Assembly (NCBI GenBank): GCA_947475715.1
Contig: CANJNY010000007.1
Span: 4,565-68,564 of the forward strand
DNA from: Prolixibacteraceae bacterium
GTDB taxonomy: Bacteria; Bacteroidota; Bacteroidia; Bacteroidales; Prolixibacteraceae
DNA length: 64,000 nt
Direction: 5' to 3'
Made by a program: the position numbers and the translations under genes. The notes beneath the pieces were generated by a model, which was not told the DNA's origin, did not search any database, and saw only the letters and a program-made list of their open reading frames with translations. This document shows positions 39,149 to 47,579 of the stretch, one piece after another (position 1 is the first letter of the stretch; each line of letters starts with the position of its first letter).

Positions 39149-39787
39149 CTAAGTAATCAGATAAAGTAAAGGGAAAAGGAATATCCAGATTAAATCGACC
39201 AAATGCCAGTAAAGTGCACCATTTTCGTGCAACAAAAAATGTTCTTTGTTGATTCTTCCGGATTTAATTTTAAATATAATAATGGTTAACAGTATCCCTC
39301 CCACTACCACGTGAAACAAATGCAATCCGGTCATTAGAAAATAGAGTCCAAAAAACATGATCTCACCGTGAGGCAGATTTCGCATCACATCCGAACCCGG
39401 ATAGAGATTAAGGGAAAACTTATGGCCGTATTCAAAATACTTGTTAACCAAAAAGACCCCGGCTAAAAGTATCGTAAAAAATATCAAGCCAATAGCCAGA
39501 TTTTTCTGATCTTTTTGAATAGCAGTTAGTGACATCGCAACGGTCATACTACTTACCAGCAGCACAACAGTATTGGTAGCCCCGATAAAGGCATTTAATT
39601 CAAGAGCAGCCTGATGAAAATCCTCTCCATATTTGGATCTCATTACTGCATAGACAATAAAAAGACCTCCAAAGAGAAAAATTTCCGTAAAGAGGAATAA
39701 CCACATCCCCATCTTACCGGTATCGCTATCGATATATTCACTATGTTCGCTATGTGCGTTATGTGAGTTATGTTCAGTTGTCGACAT
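39149..39787 (-). CDS. ctaE: Cytochrome c oxidase subunit III (short, about five-TM form)
   Basis: 212 aa with a His-rich N-terminus. The C-terminal motif YWHLVDLIWIFLFPLLY is typical of subunit III. Confidence 0.85.
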   Translation of the reverse strand: MSTTEHNSHNAHSEHSEYIDSDTGKMGMWLFLFTEIFLFGGLFIVYAVMRSKYGEDFHQAALELNAFIGATNTVVLLVSSMTVAMSLTAIQKDQKNLAIGLIFFTILLAGVFLVNKYFEYGHKFSLNLYPGSDVMRNLPHGEIMFFGLYFLMTGLHLFHVVVGGILLTIIIFKIKSGRINKEHFLLHENGALYWHLVDLIWIFLFPLLYLIT

Positions 39788-39813
39788 AAATATTCGTGTA
39801 TTAGTCTAATGTT

Positions 39814-41427
39814 TTATTTTGTATAAGGGTTGTCAAAAACATAAGGACCCTTTGTAATCACCGGTATCTCATCAAAATTTTCATGAGGAGGAGGTGAAGG
39901 GATCTGCCATTCAAGGGTTACACCATGCCATGGATTTGCAGGAGCCAAAGCCCCTTTTTTAGCATGGTATATCAGATTGGAGATCATTGTAATCAACCCA
40001 ATGAAAAGTATTACCGCACCAATAGTTGAGATTGTCTGTCCCAATTGAAATTTAGGATCATAATCATAGTAACGACGAGGCATACCCTGAATACCCATGA
40101 TAAACATCGGGAAATAAAGCAAATTAAATCCTGTGAAAAGAATGCCCCAACCGATGTTTGCCCAACGGATGTGATACAATCTTCCATAGATTTTAGGAAA
40201 CCAATAATGAATGGCGGCGAAGAATCCAAAACCCATACCTCCAAAAATAATGTAATGGAAATGAGCTACCACAAAATCAGTATTATGAACCTGAATATCG
40301 GTTGCGACTGCACCAAGGGTCAATCCGGTAAAACCACCGATTGTGAATAAGAAGATGAAAGAGATGGCATAAAGAAGCGGTGGCTGAAGATCGACAGAGC
40401 CACCATACATGGTCGACAACCAGTTAAATACCTTGATAGCACTTGGAATTGCCACCAAAAAGGTAAGCAGAGAGAAGAACCAGCGCGATTCATAACTCAT
40501 ACCGGATGTAAACATGTGATGCCCCCAGACAAAATAGCCTACCAGGGCAATTGCCAAACTTGAAAGTGCAATAGGGACATATCCAAATACAGGTTTCTGG
40601 CTAAAAGTCGGGAAGATTTCGGTAACCACACCCATTGCAGGGAGAATCATCACATACACCGCAGGGTGAGAATAGATCCAGAAAAGATGCTGATACAGCA
40701 CAGGGTCACCTCCCAGTTTTGGATCGAAGAAGCCCACATGCAGGGTACGTTCTGCGATAACCATCAGTAAAGTAATTCCGACTACGGGTGTAGCCAGAAG
40801 CTGAATCCATGCTGTTGCATAAAGCGACCATGGGAATAGCGGCATTCTAAACCAGGTCATCCCCGGAGCCCTCATCGTGTGAATGGTAACAATAAAATTT
40901 AATCCCGTGAGAATAGATGCAAAGCCCAGCGTAAAGGCGGCAGTAAGGGCTAAGACAACATTTGATGAAGCCTCGGCACTATACGGCACATAAAATGTCC
41001 AACCTGTATCAGGTGCATGGCCATTTGCAAATTGAGAATAAAGTGCGAGACAAGCGCCTCCAAAGAAAAGATAAAATGAGAAGAGGTTTAATTTAGGGAA
41101 AGCCACATCCTTTGCCCCAATCATAATAGGAAGCATAAGGTTTCCAAAAACAGCGGCTAAACCGGGAATTACAACAATAAAAATCATGATAATACCATGG
41201 AGGGTAAACATGGCATTATAGGTTTGAGCCGTCATTATGGTTTGGCCCGGGGCAACCTTCTCAATTTTCATCAATAATCCTAAAACCGCGGCACTTAAGA
41301 AGAAAGTGACGATGCAATAGAAATAAAGTAATCCGATTCGCTTATGGTCGGATGAACTTAACCACGACCAGAGACCGGTCTGATGATTAAGGTAATTTAA
41401 TGGAGCAGTGGATGTTTGATTATTCAT
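39814..41427 (-). CDS. ctaD: Heme-copper oxidase subunit I, A2-type
   Basis: 537 aa. It has WIYSHPAVYVMILPAMG (YS motif instead of the GHPEV glutamate), HHMFTSG, and the heme/CuB histidines VVAHFHYIIFGG. Confidence 0.95.
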   Translation of the reverse strand: MNNQTSTAPLNYLNHQTGLWSWLSSSDHKRIGLLYFYCIVTFFLSAAVLGLLMKIEKVAPGQTIMTAQTYNAMFTLHGIIMIFIVVIPGLAAVFGNLMLPIMIGAKDVAFPKLNLFSFYLFFGGACLALYSQFANGHAPDTGWTFYVPYSAEASSNVVLALTAAFTLGFASILTGLNFIVTIHTMRAPGMTWFRMPLFPWSLYATAWIQLLATPVVGITLLMVIAERTLHVGFFDPKLGGDPVLYQHLFWIYSHPAVYVMILPAMGVVTEIFPTFSQKPVFGYVPIALSSLAIALVGYFVWGHHMFTSGMSYESRWFFSLLTFLVAIPSAIKVFNWLSTMYGGSVDLQPPLLYAISFIFLFTIGGFTGLTLGAVATDIQVHNTDFVVAHFHYIIFGGMGFGFFAAIHYWFPKIYGRLYHIRWANIGWGILFTGFNLLYFPMFIMGIQGMPRRYYDYDPKFQLGQTISTIGAVILFIGLITMISNLIYHAKKGALAPANPWHGVTLEWQIPSPPPHENFDEIPVITKGPYVFDNPYTK

Positions 41428-42206
41428 TATTTGATCTCTTTAGATGATTTTTTTCTTGAAGAAATTAGTAAAAAAGCTACAAAAAATAGCCCAATGATCA
41501 GTGTAAACGAACCTAACAATCTCGTAAATTGCAAGGTATAACCCTTACTTTGTGGATCGTAGGCAAAACAATAGTCAAATATCTTGGAGCTTGTAGGACG
41601 GGCCAGCCCTTTTTGAGCTTCAACAACAGCCATCTTCACATCGAAGGGAAGATAGCTGACACCATATAAATAACGGGTAATTTTACCGAAAGGACTTACC
41701 ATTATGATTGTCGAAGGGTGGGCAAAATCAAGCCCGGTCGGTTTAAACCTGAAACCAACAGCCTCGGTAATCTCTTGAATATTTTCCAGTTCACCGGTCA
41801 GATAGTACCAGCTTGCCCGATCTTTCTCCTTGATCTTCTGGACAAAATTCAGTTTTTTGACTCTTGCCTTCTCGGGAGTATCTCTGGTGTTAAAACTGAT
41901 AGTTATAATATCGAAGTCTATCCCCAACGACATATCCATTTTACTGATAACGTCAGCAACTCCATCGAGTAAAGGGCTACACATGCCGGGACAGTCAAAA
42001 TATACAAACGAAAGAATGGTTGGCTTATTGATCATACTCCTCAAGGTCACCGTATCATTTCTCTCATTCATGAATTTCAGATCAAGCGGAATGGTTTCGC
42101 CAAGCCGCTCAACGATCCCTATTTCAGTATCACGCTGAACAGGCAATTGAGCCGGGGTACTAAACCCCAACGCACTTAACAATACAAAAAACAATAAATG
42201 TCTCAT
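41427..42206 (-). CDS. SCO/SenC-family copper chaperone (thioredoxin fold) with an extra C-terminal TM
   Basis: It has FDCPGMCSPLL (CxxxC) and a downstream FAHPST His. The ATG at 42204-42206 gives the signal peptide MRHLLFFVLLSALGF; the track start at 42260 is a TTG. The stop overlaps the coxI ATG (TAATG). Confidence 0.85.
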   Translation of the reverse strand: MRHLLFFVLLSALGFSTPAQLPVQRDTEIGIVERLGETIPLDLKFMNERNDTVTLRSMINKPTILSFVYFDCPGMCSPLLDGVADVISKMDMSLGIDFDIITISFNTRDTPEKARVKKLNFVQKIKEKDRASWYYLTGELENIQEITEAVGFRFKPTGLDFAHPSTIIMVSPFGKITRYLYGVSYLPFDVKMAVVEAQKGLARPTSSKIFDYCFAYDPQSKGYTLQFTRLLGSFTLIIGLFFVAFLLISSRKKSSKEIK

Positions 42207-42326
42207 TCCAAATATTTTATCAAAATAAAATTTTATCTTCTTGAAAAAATGCTTTAACAAATTTACAATGAAAAAGCCTTTTTAGAAAGCTGACAGCTAA
42301 TCATAACGATTCTAAATAAAGTCGTA

Positions 42327-43241
42327 TTAAGCCGCCGACTCTGTATCTTTTCCGCTTCCTTCCTTAGATATTGCCCTAATCTGCAGGAAAACATAGATAA
42401 TGAAACCCCAGGCCCCCAAAACTGCGATTGTATAAGCGAGCAATAACCAGATTGGTGTTTTGGAAACGACATTCCACATTGCCCGCTGCTCATTTAACGG
42501 AGCACGGTAAGTAGGAACACCAATTGACATGGTTGTATCCACTTTTACATCTCCAAAAGCATCATTGGAAAGCACAGCCAGTAGTTGTACTGATCCGATA
42601 GAATCTCCGGGAAGATCTTTTGGAAAATTAAATACCGCCTTACCCAAGGCATCGGTATTGCGTGGCTCATCTACAGGGAGATTGCCGAAATATCTTTTTG
42701 CAAATATTTTAACTTCTGCTGCTGAAACAGGCTGAATCCCCTTCTCTTTTGATGGTGCGGTTAGAGAAATCTGAATCTGACCAGACTCTTTTAGCCAGTT
42801 AAGTTTAATCTTCACATTCGGAACAGAGGCTCCTCCCCCATCATTTTTGGAAACCTCCTGAACATACTTATCATTAAAACTCCTTAAGAAGGAGATCACT
42901 TTCCAAACATCCGTTGAAGGGATTGTGTTCTTAAACGATGGCATCAGACCACGGCCAACAGCTATTTTATATTGTATGGCCCCATCAGAATTTGCCTGCA
43001 CTTTGACTGAGGACATATCTGGCGGAGGTGGAACCAATAATACTGCATTATTCTTTCCGGGTTCTCCGTGACACGACTTGCAGTTGGTCATATAGATTTC
43101 TGCACCGGCTTTTCGTGAGGCATCATCGAATGCAAAGGGACTCTTTTTGGTTTCATTCTCTGCCGGAGCAACCCAAACCTGAGCTGACAACCGCATGGAG
43201 ATCAGCACAATAATTAGCAGGGTAAAATATCTTTTAATCAT
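42327..43241 (-). CDS. Monoheme class-I cytochrome c with an extra beta-rich domain and a C-terminal membrane anchor
   Basis: Signal peptide, then heme motif CKSCHG with a distal GRGLMPSF Met. An unassigned region of about 130 aa follows, then the C-terminal TM PIWLLLAYTIAVLGAWGFIIYVFL. Confidence 0.8.
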   Translation of the reverse strand: MIKRYFTLLIIVLISMRLSAQVWVAPAENETKKSPFAFDDASRKAGAEIYMTNCKSCHGEPGKNNAVLLVPPPPDMSSVKVQANSDGAIQYKIAVGRGLMPSFKNTIPSTDVWKVISFLRSFNDKYVQEVSKNDGGGASVPNVKIKLNWLKESGQIQISLTAPSKEKGIQPVSAAEVKIFAKRYFGNLPVDEPRNTDALGKAVFNFPKDLPGDSIGSVQLLAVLSNDAFGDVKVDTTMSIGVPTYRAPLNEQRAMWNVVSKTPIWLLLAYTIAVLGAWGFIIYVFLQIRAISKEGSGKDTESAA

Positions 43242-43258
43242 GGGTATTGTGTTAGCGA

Positions 43259-44605
43259 TTATTCTTTGGATTTACTGTCAATTTCATTTTGTTCTTCTGC
43301 CATCTCCCAGATTGGAATGACCGGGAAAAACTTAACCAGAACGGTAATAATAATTACTACCAGTAAAAGTGTTCCGATAGTAATAGCCGATTCAACTACC
43401 GTTGGCTGATAAACCATCCACGCTTTTGGTACATGCTGAATAGGAAGAAAGGGATGATCCTGGGTAGGAACAACAATAATAAGCCGTTTAAACCATGCTG
43501 CGATCAAGACCACAATGGAGATCACGAACATCGGGAATGGTTTCCTGAAAAATTTAAAGAGTAACAGTAAAATAGGGATCACTAATCCAAGCAACTGAAC
43601 ACTCCAGAACATAAACGCCCACTCTCCGACAAACAGATCGTTAAGGTGGATCGCCTCTGCTGTTTTCATCTTATATCCGGGTACCAGGTACTCATTGATA
43701 TTAAAGTAAAGGTAAACAATGGAGACCAATACCAACAGCTTACCCATCATGTCAAAATGGTGTTCTGTTAAGTACTTATCGAGCTTATAATTGGTCCGGA
43801 CAAAATACATCATAATTACAACAGCTGCTGAACCCGCCACAAAGGCTCCGGTGAGGAAGTAAGGTCCGAAGATTGAGCTATCCCATCCCGGACGAAGCGT
43901 CACCGCAAAAAGCCATGAGGTCACGGTGTGAATGGCAAATGCAGTTGGGATTATCAGAATCAACATTATCCTGACCGCTTTCAGAAGTATTTTATATTGC
44001 TTTGGAGTATGATTCCAGTTTACAGATAAGATTTGGTAAGTTTTTTGTAACCATTTAGGAGTATGCCCTATTCTTCCCTTGCTGATCGCCAGATCCGGAA
44101 TCATTGGAAGAAAATACAATAAGGTACTGATCACAAGATAGGTGGTTACCACAGTAACATCCCATATAATAGGAGACTGGATCCTGCCGTACATAAACAC
44201 ATAAGGGAGTCTTTCCGGGCGACCCATATCGGAAACAATCACAAGACCTGCAATAGCGGCAAAAGCAACAGCAATAATCTCTGCAATTCTGGCTATTGGT
44301 TTAACCCATTTAAAGCCGATCAATCCAAGTACCGAACTAATCAGCATACCGACCAAACTGGTGGCTACAAAAAATACGAAATTGGCGATATACATCCCCC
44401 AACTAATATAATCCCGAAGACCGGTTACAATTAAACCCTTGTCCCACTGAATGTAGTAAGCGTAGATACATGCCATTAGTGAGATGCCAAGGAATCCCAT
44501 CCAGACAATAAATCCTTGCGTTATGCCTACAGGTCTTAATATATCAGCTGCAATTGAATCGAGTTTTTTGTTATGCAAAAAATCGGTATTTACTTCTGAT
44601 GCCAT
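43259..44605 (-). CDS. NrfD/PsrC-family quinone-interacting integral membrane subunit (ActC/DsrP-like length)
   Basis: 448 aa with about ten hydrophobic segments by eye. Family-typical stretches are SWGMYIANFVFFVA, SDMGRPERL, SPIIWDV and RPGWDSSIFGPYFLTGAF. Confidence 0.85.
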   Translation of the reverse strand: MASEVNTDFLHNKKLDSIAADILRPVGITQGFIVWMGFLGISLMACIYAYYIQWDKGLIVTGLRDYISWGMYIANFVFFVATSLVGMLISSVLGLIGFKWVKPIARIAEIIAVAFAAIAGLVIVSDMGRPERLPYVFMYGRIQSPIIWDVTVVTTYLVISTLLYFLPMIPDLAISKGRIGHTPKWLQKTYQILSVNWNHTPKQYKILLKAVRIMLILIIPTAFAIHTVTSWLFAVTLRPGWDSSIFGPYFLTGAFVAGSAAVVIMMYFVRTNYKLDKYLTEHHFDMMGKLLVLVSIVYLYFNINEYLVPGYKMKTAEAIHLNDLFVGEWAFMFWSVQLLGLVIPILLLLFKFFRKPFPMFVISIVVLIAAWFKRLIIVVPTQDHPFLPIQHVPKAWMVYQPTVVESAITIGTLLLVVIIITVLVKFFPVIPIWEMAEEQNEIDSKSKE

Positions 44606-44705
44606 AGTATTGGTTATTTATTTAAAAAATTCAATGCGTTATTTGTCACTATTTTATTTTTTTAAAGAAGCAGTCTGCTGTACCTCAATAAATTCAAACC
44701 CCGTT

Positions 44706-45677
44706 TTAAGTTGTTTCCTGAACCGGATTCTTTTCCTCTTTGAATTCAAACAACCTGTTTTTTGGAGGAAGATAGTAAACCCGAGGCTTGGTACCTAATT
44801 CCGGCATCAACTGATAACCTGCATTTACCTTAAGTAGTTCGCTTAAACGGAATGTCTCTTTGGTCGTTCCGTTGGTTACTGCATCCTGATTTTCATCTCC
44901 AAAATAGTAAACACCATTAGGGCAGGCAGATACACAATAAGGCAGTTTCCCTTCACGAAGGCGGTCTGAACTGAACAGACATTTCGAAATAGTCCCTTTG
45001 CGCTGAGGAACATTTAGCTCAATATTATATGGTTTACCCTTATCACTTTCTGCCATCAATGGTTCTTCCCAATGGAATAAACGTGCTGAATAAGGACAGG
45101 CTGCAATACAAAAACGACATCCGATACACCGTTCATTATCGATTAAAACGATACCGTCCTGGCGTTTAAAGGTGGCATCAACGGGACAAACGGCCACGCA
45201 AGGGGGATTATCGCAATGCTGACATGGTTTTGGCATAAAATAGGGAGCCGTATGCTCCGATTCCTGCATAACCAGTGTATTGATGTGATATTCATACGGA
45301 CGCAGGTGATGAGCACCCTGACAGGCAGTGATACATTTGCGTGCATTTCTGCATTTGGCAAGGTCAATGACCATAACAAACCGATGCCCTTTTAACCCCT
45401 CCCGACCTTGTTTCCTGAGTTGGTCGGCATCAACTTTGACATCTTTAATCTCATCGCGAGGAACCTCAACAATCCGATTGTCCGATGTCAGGACTTTAAC
45501 CATATCATGGCCGGCTTTGGATTCTTCATACTTATAACCCGAATAAATTGCGGCACCTCCGGCAACGGTTACGGCACTAAATAGTCCTGCATTTTTAAAA
45601 AAAGCGCGCCTTGAATTAACGTTATCCTCATCCCGGTTAGAATGTTGATGACCGGCACTGTTACTGTTATGACTCAT
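44706..45677 (-). CDS. Tat-exported NrfC/DmsB-type four-motif iron-sulfur protein
   Basis: Twin-arginine signal SRRAFFKNAG. The Cys motifs are CRNARKCITAC, CQHCDNPPCVAVCP, CIGCRFCIAACP and CLFSS...CVSACP. 323 aa. Confidence 0.85.
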   Translation of the reverse strand: MSHNSNSAGHQHSNRDEDNVNSRRAFFKNAGLFSAVTVAGGAAIYSGYKYEESKAGHDMVKVLTSDNRIVEVPRDEIKDVKVDADQLRKQGREGLKGHRFVMVIDLAKCRNARKCITACQGAHHLRPYEYHINTLVMQESEHTAPYFMPKPCQHCDNPPCVAVCPVDATFKRQDGIVLIDNERCIGCRFCIAACPYSARLFHWEEPLMAESDKGKPYNIELNVPQRKGTISKCLFSSDRLREGKLPYCVSACPNGVYYFGDENQDAVTNGTTKETFRLSELLKVNAGYQLMPELGTKPRVYYLPPKNRLFEFKEEKNPVQETT

Positions 45678-45703
45678 ACATTTGGTGATGTTAATCAGTT
45701 TGT

Positions 45704-46060
45704 TTACTGCTTTGAGCGAATACTATCAAGCGGAATAGATTTTATATTGGCAAGAACATATCCAGAAGCGGTTAATGCTTGCTTCATCCGAATTGTGTCA
45801 GAAGTACCCGAAAGGTATTCCACATAAGCTTTACCCTCTTTGAAATTGGCTTTAACATGTTTTACCCCCTCAATCGAGCCCAGAGCTGACTGGATAGTCT
45901 GCTCGCAACCGTTACACGACATCCCCTGGATAGATAATTCAAGAGCCACTACTTTGAGGTTTTCAGCCACAGGAGTTTTAACTTCGGGAGCACTTTTTTT
46001 TACCCCCCCATTTCCACAACCAAAAACCAAAAAAAAGGATATTACAATTAATATTCTCAT
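45704..46060 (-). CDS. Heavy-metal-associated (HMA, CopZ-like) domain lipoprotein
   Basis: Lipobox FLVFGC and metal-binding motif GMSCNGCEQT. 118 aa, first gene of the respiratory operon. Confidence 0.8.
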   Translation of the reverse strand: MRILIVISFFLVFGCGNGGVKKSAPEVKTPVAENLKVVALELSIQGMSCNGCEQTIQSALGSIEGVKHVKANFKEGKAYVEYLSGTSDTIRMKQALTASGYVLANIKSIPLDSIRSKQ

Positions 46061-46477
46061 TTCAAAATTTATTATTTTAAAAAATTATTCCAATAAGCGG
46101 ATCAGGATCCTGGAAAATGACTTAAAAAAGATGAAAAACAGCAATAAAAGATGTCTGTCAGCTTAATGAAATAAACAAGCCAAAATTACAATTATATTTT
46201 CAGTTTCCTACTAAAAGCACGTCATCTTTTAGGATTTGCTGATTTTTAGAGGCTTTAATAACAAAAATGTGATCTAATTAAAACTGAAAAAATTAAACGA
46301 ATTATTCATCTTACTTTGGCAAAACGAATAGAAGCAATCTAAATTATCTGTTCGCTCAAATCAATAATAAAACAAATCAAAAGGTCCAAAGGTTCATAAA
46401 TAAATGGAATAAATATCCGTTTTAAAGATTTTAAACCAAACTTTTTTGCCTTTAAAATCTAACCGACAAATTGTTAC

Positions 46478-47500
46478 CTAGGAGGAGAGTACCCGAATTG
46501 AATCGAATAATTTATGATTCACCTCCTTGTCATATTTGATCGCCTTATTAAACGGAACCAATGAGATCTGATCGTTCTCGATTCCGACCATAACGCTCTG
46601 TTGATCCTCGAGCAGCGTTTCAACTGCGGCTACACCCAAGCGGCTTGCAAGGATACGGTCAGAAGCTGTTGGAGATCCTCCGCGTTGGATATGTCCAAGG
46701 ATTGTAACCCTTACATCATATTGCGGATAATCCTTTTCAACCTGCCTGGCGATATTGAATGCTCCGCCTGCTTTTTCCCCTTCGGCAACAAGAACAATAG
46801 AGGAATTCTTATTTTGGCGGTAACCCGATTTGATCAATTTCTCGAGTGTGGTCAGGTCGGTATCGGTCTCAGGAATAAGAACGGCTTCGGCTCCCGAGGC
46901 AATTCCTCCATTTAAGGCAAGAAAACCGGCATCACGTCCCATCACTTCGATAAAGAAAAGTCGCTCATGAGCGGTTGCGGTATCCCGGATCTTATCCACT
47001 GCTTCGATAATTGTATTCAAAGCGGTATCGTACCCAACGGTAAAATCGGTTCCAAAAAGATCGTTATCAATGGTGCCGGGGATCCCCACAATAGGAACTC
47101 CGTATTCCTGGGCAAAGATTCTGGCTCCGGTAAAGGTACCGTCCCCTCCGATGACAATCAAGGCATCAATTCCGGCGTTTTTAATATTCTGAAAAGCCAT
47201 TTGGCGTCCTTCCACATTACGGAACTCCATACTGCGGGCAGTTTTTAAAATCGTGCCTCCCAGCTGAATGATATTACTGACGTCCCCTGAATTGAGGGGT
47301 TTGAAATTATTTTCGATTAATCCTTTATAACCGTGGAGTATTCCGACAACTTCACGACCATAAAATATGGCGGTTCTGGTCACCGCACGTATGGCCGCAT
47401 TCATACCCGGAGCATCACCTCCTGAAGTTAATATACCAATTTTCCTGATCGGGCTATCGGTGTAATCATCCGGCATTGCATTCCTGTTTCCTTTACCCAT
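46478..47500 (-). CDS. pfkA: ATP-dependent 6-phosphofructokinase
   Basis: It has [31 protein letters not shown] and MGR motifs. Confidence 0.93.
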   Translation of the reverse strand: MGKGNRNAMPDDYTDSPIRKIGILTSGGDAPGMNAAIRAVTRTAIFYGREVVGILHGYKGLIENNFKPLNSGDVSNIIQLGGTILKTARSMEFRNVEGRQMAFQNIKNAGIDALIVIGGDGTFTGARIFAQEYGVPIVGIPGTIDNDLFGTDFTVGYDTALNTIIEAVDKIRDTATAHERLFFIEVMGRDAGFLALNGGIASGAEAVLIPETDTDLTTLEKLIKSGYRQNKNSSIVLVAEGEKAGGAFNIARQVEKDYPQYDVRVTILGHIQRGGSPTASDRILASRLGVAAVETLLEDQQSVMVGIENDQISLVPFNKAIKYDKEVNHKLFDSIRVLSS

Positions 47501-47579
47501 ACTAGTTATTTTAATCGTTGCAAATCTAAACGGGAAAAAGTTCTAAATCCTAAATTTACCGTTAAATTTACTTCAAATT

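Noticed and set aside
36927-46060. Calling the respiratory operon a canonical Alternative Complex III plus caa3 locus
   Set aside because: No pentaheme ActA, no ActB of about 1000 aa with a molybdopterin-like domain, and no second NrfD-like ActF are present. Only a 323-aa FeS protein, one NrfD-like protein and one monoheme cytochrome are there, so I report it as ACIII-like at most.
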